From Candidatus Aerophobus profundus SCGC AAA252-L23 (GTDB lineage Bacteria; Aerophobota; Aerophobia; Aerophobales; Aerophobaceae), in the NCBI GenBank assembly GCA_000402295.1, contig AQRW01000190.1, positions 1 to 55,455 of the forward strand: DNA of 55,455 bases. Reading direction: 5' to 3'. Below are positions 27,537 to 35,805 of the stretch, piece after piece (position 1 is the first letter of the stretch; each line of letters begins with the position of its first letter). The notes beneath the pieces are model-generated. The model was not told where the DNA came from and made no database searches. It was given only the letters and a program-made list of their open reading frames with translations. A program made the translations under genes and the position numbers.

Positions 27537-27872
27537 TTAAAGAAATTCGATGTGATTTTCCATTTCTTGCTGACTAAGAAGCTGGGCAACGAGTTCAATC
27601 ATACGAATACACTGTCCTACAGACAAACGCAAGGGATGAGCGTATAAGATCCCTCTATGTTTCCTTCCCTCTTGATTCCAGCGATGAGCTATTTTGAGCA
27701 AATCTGTATCATGAGTAACAATTACTGCTCCCAATCTGGAAGCACGCTGTAGATGATATTCATCGCTTTTCCCTAAATCTTCCCTATCTCGTGCTGATAC
27801 AACCTGCAGATTCCTTCTTCTAAGACCCTCCACAATGCCCGCCTCAATATTTTCATCGCAATAGATTTTCAT
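27537..27872 (-). CDS. DUF5615-family PIN-like (Mut7-C-like) putative toxin
   Basis: MKIYCDENIEAGIVEGLRRRNLQVVSA...VIVTHDTDLL. Overlaps the stop of the upstream DUF433 gene. Confidence 0.65.
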   Translation of the reverse strand: MKIYCDENIEAGIVEGLRRRNLQVVSARDREDLGKSDEYHLQRASRLGAVIVTHDTDLLKIAHRWNQEGRKHRGILYAHPLRLSVGQCIRMIELVAQLLSQQEMENHIEFL

Positions 27873-28189
27873 TCCTCAGACTTGGTCTTTAATTTAGATG
27901 GGTAAAGATTTCTCAGTTCTTTCAGGAAGATCTCCTCTTTTTTGTATGCGTTATCCAGCTCCAATTTGTTTTCATAGTAGTAGGAAAGAGCATCATGAAT
28001 TTGAGCCAGAGTTAAGTGAGGGAACTGTTGTATCATCTCATCCGGTGTCATCCCCCCGAATTCGTATCGAATAGCAATATCCATAACCTTGGTGCGTGTT
28101 CCCGCAATTACGGGAGTTTCCTTCCTAATTCCGGGATCAACGGTCACATAGGGATGTTTCAATTCACTTGGCCTGACATTGGTAGACAT
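27869..28189 (-). CDS. DUF433 domain protein (putative antitoxin partner)
   Basis: HPYVTVDPGIRKETPVIAGTRTKVMDIAIRYEFGGMTPDEMIQQFPHLTLAQIHDALSYYYEN is the classic DUF433 pattern. Confidence 0.75.
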   Translation of the reverse strand: MSTNVRPSELKHPYVTVDPGIRKETPVIAGTRTKVMDIAIRYEFGGMTPDEMIQQFPHLTLAQIHDALSYYYENKLELDNAYKKEEIFLKELRNLYPSKLKTKSEE

Positions 28190-28224
28190 CTCTGCCTCCT
28201 TACTCTTTATTGACAGTGTTCAGA

Positions 28225-28414
28225 CATTGTAATAATCGAAGATTTCAAGACCTTGTGTAGTGAGTTTGATAACTCTATTTGCCTTATCTTAACTTTCTTT
28301 GATGAAGGGTAGATGTTTCTCTTTCGTTGTCTCAACTATCGTTCTGGGTTTTTGCGTTGCTTGGTATTGTATACTTTCTTTGCCAGATGTCCAATCTTGC
28401 CAAAAAGGGACGGT
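28225..28414. repeat. 190-bp cassette shared with 40901..41090; carries a minus-strand TTGGAC-17-TACAAT promoter
   Basis: Gap-free alignment by eye to 40901..41090. The -35 is at 28394-28389 and the -10 at 28371-28366 (minus strand). In the second copy they are at 41070-41065 and 41047-41042. Confidence 0.8.
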
Positions 28415-28536
28415 GGAAATGGTAAACTGAATTCCTGGTACTATGGTAAACAGAAATCCTATATGGATGGTAAACAGAAATCCCATTTCGGAAGAGCTCC
28501 TGTATAGTTTTAGAAAACTCTACAGGAGAGGAAATG
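28414..28536 (+). mobile_element. solo left end of the IS21-family element (no transposase)
   Basis: Matches 35638..35808 from the terminal TGGAAATGGTAAACTG through the istA ATG, but with 3 rather than 5 of the 24-bp phased GGTAAACAGAAATCC repeats (at 28421, 28445, 28469). Similarity ends right after the ATG. Confidence 0.8.
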
Positions 28537-28552
28537 GACAAGGAGGAGTGAA

Positions 28553-28765
28553 ATGAAATATAGAGTAGTCATTGAACAAGACGAAGACGGTGTATTTGTT
28601 GCTGAGGTTCCATCTTTGCCTGGGTGCATCTCACAAGGGACTACGAGAGCGGAGGCACTCAAGAATATTCAAGAAGCAATAGAAGCGTATGTGGAAAGCT
28701 TGAAAGCACACGATGAGCCTGTTCCTCCATCAATAAGCGAGGAAGTAGTCGAGGTGGCGGGGTGA
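28553..28765 (+). CDS. hicB: HicB-family antitoxin (UPF0150-type)
   Basis: MKYRVVIEQDEDGVFVAEVPSLPGCISQGTTRAEALKNIQEAIEAYVESL. Strong SD (AAGGAGGAG). Confidence 0.8.
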   Translation: MKYRVVIEQDEDGVFVAEVPSLPGCISQGTTRAEALKNIQEAIEAYVESLKAHDEPVPPSISEEVVEVAG

Positions 28766-28935
28766 GTGTTCTTCCTCGTGTCTCAGGCCGAGAAGTTGTT
28801 GCGGCTTTGGATAGACGTGGCTATGAAAAAGTTATACCTCCCACCCCTACAGGGATTGTGTCCCACTTCGGGGTCACCTCGCCCTGTTATTACTCCTTCT
28901 CAGAAATGTTATTCCCAAAACGCACCCTTTTGTGA
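28762..28935 (+). pseudogene. hicA remnant (only the first 22 or so codons are HicA-like)
   Basis: A GTGA overlap with the hicB stop. VSVLPRVSGREVVAALDRRGYEKV matches a HicA N-terminus, then the sequence becomes unrelated. Confidence 0.55.
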
Positions 28936-29087
28936 TAATTCTCTTCACCAATGAACTGGCCAAGAGGCTTTTCACCATCGTTGTAGCGCGGCGCCGAAGA
29001 ATTTGCGATTTTGCAGAGGTGGGAGAGGTTGTCGGAGACTTCCTCCGACCAGTTCTCAAGGCTGTGTCTTCGGGTATGTTGACCAAC

Positions 29088-29487
29088 CTCTCAAGTGAGA
29101 GGTAAGGGGAGACACGGACTCTGGGAGGTCTCTCCCTCCATGCTTCGGATATGGGGCCAGAATGTTCCTATCGCCGGGGGCGGTTATCTCCGGATCCTTC
29201 CCTATTGGGTAATCAAACGGGGAATCAGGAAGGCTAATACCGAGGGGCACCCGGCGGTGATCTACCTGCATCCTTATGAGCTTGATCCCCAGGATATTGA
29301 AGTTCCCGGTGTCTCGCCCGAGTGGGGGACACGGTTTACTCAGTTCAGTCAGCGATTCAATTGCTCAACGTTTGAGGGCAAGCTGCGAAGGCTTCACGGG
29401 GACTTTGAATTTGGCTTGGTCCGAGAGATACTGAATTTGTAGTTGGCCAGTTATGAAGAACATGAGGATATTCGAAGCACTAATATC
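29088..29487. repeat. second copy of the deacetylase 3' block (partner 24989..25387)
   Basis: Contains ORF 29095..29442, whose product aligns with the last 115 aa of the deacetylase at 24469..25344 (IWGQNVPIAGGGYLR, HPAVIYLHPYELDPQDI). The downstream GAAGCACTAATAT motif is also shared. Confidence 0.85.
29095..29442 (+). pseudogene. C-terminal fragment of a DUF3473 polysaccharide deacetylase
   Basis: See the repeat at 29088..29487. There is no N-terminal catalytic region upstream. Confidence 0.85.
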
Positions 29488-29673
29488 GAAATAATGGGTG
29501 TGGTCGAGTCTTTGAGTTTATCACGTCTATTCCGTCTGTTCAGTCGTTCGGTCGAAGACCGAGACAACCAATGACCAGTAACTAATCACCAGTGACAGAA
29601 ACCGAGATTGCCAGGTCGTTTGCACGTTCTTGGGAGGCTAAAGCCTCCCCTACACGGGGTATACGGACTTGGT

Positions 29674-30088
29674 GGTTTCGATAAGAATTCTGTGTTAACC
29701 AAGCATATCTCTAATCCGCTCCAGGTATGGCTTTCATTCCGGCTGTTTTTGTACACCTACAAATCCACGTGGGAAGAAGTTTATGGTGCACCCCAATATT
29801 GATCACAGTATTGTTTCTTACTGAGATGCGGAGGAGGAATAATCCCCACCTCTTACTTGCTGAAAAGCAAAAATGCATACTTCAACCTGGTAATCTTGAT
29901 TCCAAAAACATATCAATTATGATATGCCTGAAAAAGCGATGAGTAAACTATACAAGAATCCCCCGTTAATAGATGCTGTATTCGAAATACGGTTTCCTGC
30001 TGAGTTGTCCATTGAGTGCCAAAGAGACAGATTCTACGAAAGAATTAGAAACGACTATCCTCAGATATTTGTCCCCATAGTTGTCGGA
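29674..30088. repeat. second copy of the TIGR04255-5' block (partner 26537..26817), with an extra segment of about 135 bp
   Basis: Shared: GATAAGAATTC..GTTAACCAAGCATA.CTCTAATCCGCTCCAG... through ...TTGTCGG. 29772..29905 has no counterpart in copy 1. Confidence 0.8.
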
Positions 30089-30106
30089 GAATCTCTTTCT
30101 TTATAA
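29939..30106 (+). pseudogene. TIGR04255-family N-terminal fragment (55 aa)
   Basis: MSKLYKNPPLIDAVFEIRFPAELSIECQRDRFYERIRNDYPQIFVPIVVGE. My recollection is that full-length family members are several-fold longer. Confidence 0.6.
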
Positions 30107-30173
30107 AGCTATGACTAGCATTCTACCGCGAAGTACTGTGTAGAAATATTCAAATAAGGCCAACGTCGAACAC

Positions 30174-30587
30174 ATGGTCGAAGTATTGGACGACTTGAGA
30201 GGAAAACAGAAGCTGGCGGATAGAGGTATGAAGTTTCTCAAAGAAGGAATAGAGTTTCTCGAACTCGTAAAAAGAGGAAAGCATTATACCAAGACCCTCC
30301 AACTAGACGAGCGTGCTATGGAATCCTGTTCAGCATTTGGAATGGCTCTTAGAGCACTTAATCATCTGTATAGCGTAAATGAGACCGTGGAACAGGTGGC
30401 ACATCCAAATATTGATGATTTCTTCGATGATATCAATGGGATGTTAATTAAAATTACAAAGGACGGTAGCGTGTCTCCAGAGAGACTGGATTTTCTCCGA
30501 GCATTCTTTGGAGCTATTCGGGACATTATAATACAGGAGAATTTGCGGCCGCCCGAAAGTGTGTTAATTAAGCAAGGGCTGGTTTAG
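30174..30587 (+). CDS. hypothetical protein (probably all-helical), first gene of an orphan three-ORF cassette
   Basis: 137-aa ORF with no recognisable motif. Tightly packed with the next ORF (2-nt gap). Confidence 0.4.
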   Translation: MVEVLDDLRGKQKLADRGMKFLKEGIEFLELVKRGKHYTKTLQLDERAMESCSAFGMALRALNHLYSVNETVEQVAHPNIDDFFDDINGMLIKITKDGSVSPERLDFLRAFFGAIRDIIIQENLRPPESVLIKQGLV

Positions 30588-30589
30588 GT

Positions 30590-30832
30590 ATGGAAGAGAT
30601 CGTAGGTGCACGAATTCAAGACGTTGTCAGGGACAAATTGTTTGGACTTGAAAGGTTACTCAAGGAATGTGAACCGGAGATGTCACTGCAAGGAGCCTTG
30701 GCCTTCTTGGATGCAACGAAAATGATTCTGAAGATTACGGAGGTTTACTACGAAGAGAGAGTTAAGAAAATAATGCAGATTAGAGATCAAAGCATTTGCG
30801 CAAAAAGACGACTTGCCGAAATCATTCGTTGA
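30590..30832 (+). CDS. hypothetical protein; possibly the N-terminal part of a frameshifted gene continuing in 30813..31166
   Basis: 80-aa ORF. The overlap with the next ORF lies at an A5 run (GCAAAAAGACG). Confidence 0.35.
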   Translation: MEEIVGARIQDVVRDKLFGLERLLKECEPEMSLQGALAFLDATKMILKITEVYYEERVKKIMQIRDQSICAKRRLAEIIR

Positions 30833-31166
30833 GAACGTACTCAAAGATATTAGGCAAAGCAAGCGACCTGATTCTTTTGTTTTCGTCTTATATCCCTGGA
30901 CGGAATTTCAGTCTCTTTTGTTGCCATCCTTAGTAGGACACGAAATTGGACATTTGAAAGAATCCAAAGAAAATCTGTGTGAGCTCTTCTTGCCAGAAAC
31001 CTTACATAAACCGAGCGTAGAAGCGCTGGTGCGGCGTCTGGCCCAAGAACCTCTGTATTCCAGTCAATCAACCACCCAATCACATACCTCAAGGGACACC
31101 ATCTCTTGCGAAGTTAGTGGACACTTCATCACCAAAACCTTGCTTTGTACCTTATCTTTGCTATAA
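30813..31166 (+). CDS. hypothetical protein with an HExxH motif (VGHEIGH), C-terminally replaced by repeat sequence
   Basis: Has a zinc-metallopeptidase-like HEIGH. From about 31088 the ORF runs into the dispersed TGTCAAG-type repeat, so the C-terminus is probably not native. Confidence 0.35.
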   Translation: MPKSFVENVLKDIRQSKRPDSFVFVLYPWTEFQSLLLPSLVGHEIGHLKESKENLCELFLPETLHKPSVEALVRRLAQEPLYSSQSTTQSHTSRDTISCEVSGHFITKTLLCTLSLL

Positions 31167-31321
31167 TCAAGAGACTCTTGACCAAGAAATCAGGTCAACA
31201 AAATAGAGACCAAATAAACTAAGCTAATTAAGGAGATAAGAAGCTACCATCTCCCGCCATGAGCTGTTGAAGAAGCAGAAATCGGTATAACATAAGAGAT
31301 GGTCTATACCAGGAGGCAAAG

Positions 31322-31585
31322 ATGATACAAATTGAGTTTGATATGATTGCCTTTAAGGAAGGGGCGAGTTACGTTGCTTATTGTCCTGAACTTGATATTT
31401 CAAGTTGTGGAAACACTGTGGAGCAGGCCAAGGAAATGCTCAAGAGCGCTATAAGGCTATTTCTCGAAGAAGCAGAGAAGATAGGTACCCTTAAAGACAT
31501 ACTTGAGGAAGCTAACTACAAGAAAGACACAAGCGGTAAATGGCTACCACCAAGACTTGTAGCAACAGAGCTGATAAGTCTGTGA
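31322..31585 (+). CDS. hicB: HicB-like antitoxin
   Basis: FKEGASYVAYCPELDISSCGNTVEQAKEMLKSAIRLFLEEAEKIG. Confidence 0.6.
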   Translation: MIQIEFDMIAFKEGASYVAYCPELDISSCGNTVEQAKEMLKSAIRLFLEEAEKIGTLKDILEEANYKKDTSGKWLPPRLVATELISL

Positions 31586-31588
31586 TAA

Positions 31589-31822
31589 ATGCCTAAGATA
31601 TTTCCAATTCCAGCAATTAGACTAAGAAAGATATTTGAAGAGGCTGGATTTAATTGTGTTAGAATTGAAGGTGACCATTATGTTTATACGAAAAAAGGAC
31701 TTATCAGACCTATTGTTATACCTAATTGGCCAGAGGTACCGGTATTCATAATCAGAAATAATATAAGAACCGCAGGAATTAGCAGGGAACATTATTTCCA
31801 ACTCCTAAAAAGGGTAAAATGA
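31589..31822 (+). CDS. hicA: HicA-like toxin
   Basis: IRLRKIFEEAGFNCVRIEGDHYVYTK...IVIPNW. Located 3 nt downstream of hicB. Confidence 0.6.
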   Translation: MPKIFPIPAIRLRKIFEEAGFNCVRIEGDHYVYTKKGLIRPIVIPNWPEVPVFIIRNNIRTAGISREHYFQLLKRVK

Positions 31823-31890
31823 AAAAACATTGGTAGAAGTGGAGCGACAAAGCAATTCTTCTGTCACTGCAAACAGACCAACACTTCTCT

Positions 31891-31943
31891 AGCCGCAACC
31901 TAAAGGTTGCGCTTGTTCTTCGCAGGCTAAAGCCTGCGGCTAC
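31891..31943. repeat. REP-like hairpins, family 2 (GC-stem with a CTAAAG/TTTTAA loop)
   Basis: GCCGCAACCTAAAGGTTGCGC and CGCAGGCTAAAGCCTGCGG. Related hairpins at 29632..29650, 45778..45799, 47428..47484 and 55256..55348. Confidence 0.75.
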
Positions 31944-32079
31944 CGCTCCCTAACCCTTGCTTTTTAATAAAGCTCACCGGTTACTTTGCGATGAAGTAAA
32001 GATCTACTCACCAACCAAAATCGTCAATTAATGTTCAGCTCCACATTACTATTCTATAGTTTAGTTAATACTCTGTACT

Positions 32080-32526
32080 TTGTACAGAATTTGCCTTGGC
32101 TACCAGATTCACAAGAAAATCCAGGTTGCTTCAGTTGGCAGACGCCCAGTTTATCGCAAATCAAAGTACAAGTTCCAGGCTGTATTAGTGAGGATTGAGC
32201 AGGAGAAAATAGCCATTAGAAAAAAGCGCAAGCACACTCGTTACGTAATTATCCATAATGTCTTAGGCCTTAGTGGGGCTAGAAGTGCCTTTGAGTTTTA
32301 CCACCAAAGACAAACAATAGAGAATTTCTTCAAAGAATCAAAGAACCCCTTTCATGCCGGGAAGATGCCTTCTCAGAGGTTTCGGGCTAATGAGGCTTAT
32401 CTTTGCTTTGTCTCTATCGCCTATAACATCTTTTCCATTTTTAAAAAAACTATCTGCCAAAGATATGACCAGGATGCTCTCTGGAAACTTTTAGCCATAG
32501 AACCATCTCTCAGGCAATCCGAATAG
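32080..32526 (+). pseudogene. C-terminal fragment of a DDE transposase (IS4/IS1380-like)
   Basis: YHQRQTIENFFKESK...FRANEAYLCFVSIAYNIFSIFK resembles the E-containing C-terminal DDE block. No N-terminal D-D region is present. Confidence 0.5.
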
Positions 32527-32698
32527 AAGAAAAAGAGGAAAGAGTTTTCCCTTTGCATATGAGTCAGGAATATAGATACAAAGCCGAACTAAATCTGATA
32601 CTTAGAAATCTAAGATACGCAATCATTTTAGGTAGAATACTGAAGAATAGCGGAATTACCTGATATACAAATAAAGTGCAATATTTTCGTGATTTCCG

Positions 32699-32917
32699 TT
32701 AAACTGCTACTTTGACTTTCCCAATCATGAGGTTTTCTTCCTGAGGAATTTCTTGGCTATCTTCCTTTAAGGCTACAAGGTGAGTCTCAATAGCTTCTCT
32801 AACACTCACCAGGGCTTGCTCGACGGTATCTCCTTGAGAGTAGCATCCAGGAAGAGAGGGCACTTCCACCCAATAACCACCCTCTCCGGCGGAATGTAAA
32901 ATCACGGTATACTCCAT
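32699..32917 (-). CDS. hicB: HicB-family antitoxin (UPF0150-type)
   Basis: MEYTVILHSAGEGGYWVEVPSLPGCYSQGDTVEQALVSVREAIETHL. Confidence 0.8.
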   Translation of the reverse strand: MEYTVILHSAGEGGYWVEVPSLPGCYSQGDTVEQALVSVREAIETHLVALKEDSQEIPQEENLMIGKVKVAV

Positions 32918-32928
32918 TTTTTATCCTC

Positions 32929-33153
32929 CTATAATAATCCGATGAATTCTCTCTCTGTTAAACCAGTTTTTCCGATGGCATTTTTAAGAAGACCTATTTT
33001 GATTTCACCTTTGGCAGGAATAGTGATTATTAATCCATTTGGCATTTTGATATTGACATGGTCACCCTTACCGCCTCTTTGAACACCCCCAGCTCTTACA
33101 AAGACCCTGATGGCTTCTTTTCCTTTAATACCTCTTAGTCTTTGTGCACTCAA
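32929..33153 (-). CDS. hicA: HicA-family toxin
   Basis: GKEAIRVFVRAGGVQRGGKGDHVNIKMPNGLIITIP...IGLLKNAIGKTGLTEREF. Confidence 0.7.
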   Translation of the reverse strand: MSAQRLRGIKGKEAIRVFVRAGGVQRGGKGDHVNIKMPNGLIITIPAKGEIKIGLLKNAIGKTGLTEREFIGLL

Positions 33154-33442
33154 TTTTCTTGATTACCTCTTTCTTACTTAGTGATATTGGCAATATCTTT
33201 TTACTCCTCCTCGGGGTTCAACTTTTGGCTCAGAAAAGAGTTTAACAACAGGGCTGGGAATGTCAAGGAAGGTGTGGTGGTCAGGGGCTTATCGTGGCTG
33301 GTTTCTGGTGGAGCGAGCGAAGGCTGGATGATTTTGTCTATTGTTACTTAATGCATTATCTCTCACCTTCTTTCTCTGGCTTGCTGCCGGCTGGTTATCA
33401 TCGGAATCTACTTTCAATTTCTCAGTGTCATACTTGGGGTCA

Positions 33443-33470
33443 TTGACAATACGCAATATTTTACTATGAT
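33443..33470 (+). promoter_or_regulatory. sigma70-like promoter TTGACA-16-TATGAT upstream of abiEi
   Basis: TTGACA at 33443-33448 and TATGAT at 33465-33470, about 70 nt before the ATG at 33542. Confidence 0.55.
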
Positions 33471-33541
33471 GTTGCCAAATAACATAAAAAGGTGAATAAC
33501 CGAAAGGTTTAAATATTGCCAGTTATAGATGAAAGGTAAAA

Positions 33542-34240
33542 ATGAAATACTTGGAGGATTTTTACAGAAAATTGGGGAAATGGAAAGGTAGCTTAGTGAA
33601 AACCGAGATGTTGAAAGAACAGAATGCAAAGGAATACTTGAACAGGTTAGCAAGAACTGACTTAGTTGAGAGAATAAGCTGGGGATGGTACTGGATTTCT
33701 GTAGAAATAAAAGATGAATTGGATTTCCTGGCTAAAGACAAAAACCTTAAGGTGATAGCCGCCCAAACAGCAGCATCTTTTTGGAATGCTGATTTTGTCC
33801 ACAGGGATATTTACGTTGTAAAGGTGATTGACAGATCTTTTGCCAAGGCATTGCAGCAATTCAGTAAGAAGAAGAATCTGAAGATCAAAGTAGAATATGT
33901 CAAAGGTAAAATAAAATATGTGAAAATGGGAAGATTAAATGTTGAAAGAATGGAAGACAGCATTATAGATTGCTTACAAAACTGGGCTTTTATCGATGCC
34001 TTTGCTACTTTGTATGCTAACAGGGAAAAGATTGATTTTGAGAGTTTAGCCAGGGAAAATTATTGGAAAAGGATCCCGAAAACTTCTGTCAGGATTGGGC
34101 AGGTTTTAGGTTACGGCTGTTGCCAATTGGATAAGGTAGCTCGAAAAACAGTGTTTTCTGTCAGAAAAGCCGGCCTAAAAGATGGATTCATAAGAGAAGA
34201 GGTGGATGAGGCAATCGAAAAGGTAGTTGAATATAGCTAA
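33542..34240 (+). CDS. AbiEi-like antitoxin/transcriptional regulator (type IV TA)
   Basis: An N-terminal wHTH-like region (EYLNRLARTDLVERISWGWYWI). Overlaps and precedes an AbiEii-type nucleotidyltransferase. Confidence 0.5.
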   Translation: MKYLEDFYRKLGKWKGSLVKTEMLKEQNAKEYLNRLARTDLVERISWGWYWISVEIKDELDFLAKDKNLKVIAAQTAASFWNADFVHRDIYVVKVIDRSFAKALQQFSKKKNLKIKVEYVKGKIKYVKMGRLNVERMEDSIIDCLQNWAFIDAFATLYANREKIDFESLARENYWKRIPKTSVRIGQVLGYGCCQLDKVARKTVFSVRKAGLKDGFIREEVDEAIEKVVEYS

Positions 34241-34994
34241 GCACATCAGGATAATGCAGGAAAGAGAAAGAGAGATAGCGGAGCCGATAGAGTTCCTTTC
34301 AGACAAATCTCAAAACTTTGAGAATCCAAAACTTGTTACGATAGGCGGTTATGCACTACGAGCCTTTACTCCTTTGGCACGATATACCAGAGATTGTGAT
34401 TTTGTTTTAAGAAAAGAGAATGAATGGAAACTGGACAGAATAAAAAAGTTGATGTCAAAACACATGAGCATAGTCAGCCTGGAAAAACACAAGGATTACG
34501 GATTTATGAGATGCGTCAAGCCAGTAAGGGTAGGTGGCAGGCTTGTTAAAGTTTCTCTTGATTTTATGGAAGGAAAAGTTGTGGGTAGAAGTGAAAAAGA
34601 GCAAGTGGTAATTGATGAAGGTTTTACAAATGACAGCAAGAAGCAAAAGATTGAAATAGCGGGAACAAAGTTTGAGATTTACATTCCCAGTTACAGGGAC
34701 TATTTCATTTTGAAGATTGTGAGTGGGAGAGCGAGCGATACAAGAGATATAGCCACATTGGTCTGGCAAAAAGGGATTCCGGATCAAATAAGGAATAGGG
34801 CAAAACAGATAGTACCTTTTCCCGAGATATTTGATGAGAATCTGAGGAAAGCAATAGCAGATATTTCTGACAGAAGGTTTGTTGATTCGTGGCGTGGGAC
34901 TTTTATTAGCAAAGATTTTAGTGAAGATGACAAAGAAAAGGTGTTACAGAAGCTTGGGGAATTACTGCGGGAGTTTATGAACCTGCAAACTTAG
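34227..34994 (+). CDS. AbiEii/AbiGii-family nucleotidyltransferase toxin
   Basis: TIGGYALRAFTPLARYTRDCDFVL matches the GGxAL...R.T.D.DF nucleotidyltransferase signature of the family. Confidence 0.6.
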   Translation: MNIAKHIRIMQEREREIAEPIEFLSDKSQNFENPKLVTIGGYALRAFTPLARYTRDCDFVLRKENEWKLDRIKKLMSKHMSIVSLEKHKDYGFMRCVKPVRVGGRLVKVSLDFMEGKVVGRSEKEQVVIDEGFTNDSKKQKIEIAGTKFEIYIPSYRDYFILKIVSGRASDTRDIATLVWQKGIPDQIRNRAKQIVPFPEIFDENLRKAIADISDRRFVDSWRGTFISKDFSEDDKEKVLQKLGELLREFMNLQT

Positions 34995-35510
34995 CCCTGT
35001 CCTGTCGCAAGCTGAGGAGTTAATATGGCAAACCCATGTATAAATGCAGGAAATCAAGTCCTATTGAGTACAAAATAAAGGCCCATACTTATAAGAGAAT
35101 CCAGTTTTGGAAGAATCTAGTAGTTAGTTTCCAAAATAACCTGATATTTCTCCAAATACATATTCCGGTGAAACTTACCACCTGTTCCGGTTTAAATTTA
35201 CCACTGATTCACCTTTCACATTCCCCTCTGGTTATCTTAGCAAAAGTGGTAACTTTGGGTCAGATTATAGTGAAACCAAACTTAGCGGGAGAGATGCTAT
35301 GGCGAAGAGGTAAGGGGGTATTCAGTGGAATAAAAAGATGACTTAAACTGTCACTTTGACTTTCCCAATCATAAGGTTTTCCCCCTCAAATTTCTTCCCT
35401 ATCGATTACCAAAATTACCAGAAAATCCCACCTCTTTGGAATGAAGATGATGTTACCAGAACTCACTAGTTATCTTTAGACATGGTTTCATCTTGGATTG
35501 CCCTCTTTGG

Positions 35511-35637
35511 TTACAAAAACTCAATTGTATTGGTCATGTCCTTTTGCGATCGAGCTTCAACCAACGACTTAATCCTTCGGATACATTCGCCAGTGGATAA
35601 TCTTTGTTGATGTACATAGATTATGCCGTAGTGCTTT
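35511..35637 (-). pseudogene. 3' part of a DUF5615 PIN-like toxin gene severed by the IS21 insertion
   Basis: Encodes HYGIIYVHQQRLSTGECIRRIKSLVEARSQKDMTNTIEFL*, collinear with HRGILYAHPLRLSVGQCIRMIELVAQLLSQQEMENHIEFL* of the intact paralog at 27537..27872. Confidence 0.85.
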
Positions 35638-35805
35638 TGGAAATGGTAAACTGAATTACTGGTACTATGGTAAACAGAAATCCCATGGTAGTGGTAAATA
35701 GAATTCCCATGGTAATGGTAAGCAGAAATCCTATATGGATGGTAAACAGAATTCCCATCTCGGAAGAACTCCTGTATAGTTTTAGAAAACTTTACAGGAG
35801 AGGAA

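Noticed and set aside
28313-28507. ORFs 28313..28507 and 40989..41339 share the N-terminus MFLFRCLNYRSGFL.CLVLYTFFARCPILPKRDG, which suggests a conserved small protein.
   Set aside because: The conservation is explained by the 190-bp nucleotide repeat. The two ORFs diverge and end arbitrarily once the repeat ends. The sequence is Cys/Phe/Leu-rich and low in complexity, there is no SD, and the region is better explained as a minus-strand promoter/leader.
35645-35765. Regularly spaced 24-bp repeats (GGTAAACAGAAATCC...) that could look like a small CRISPR array. They also occur at 28421..28490 and 38128..38191.
   Set aside because: The units abut with almost no unique spacer. They lie at both termini of an istA/istB element in inverted orientation, and no cas genes are present. 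They are the multiple terminal repeats typical of IS21-family ends. ORF 35667..35882 (MVNRNPMVVVNRIPMV...) is just their translation.
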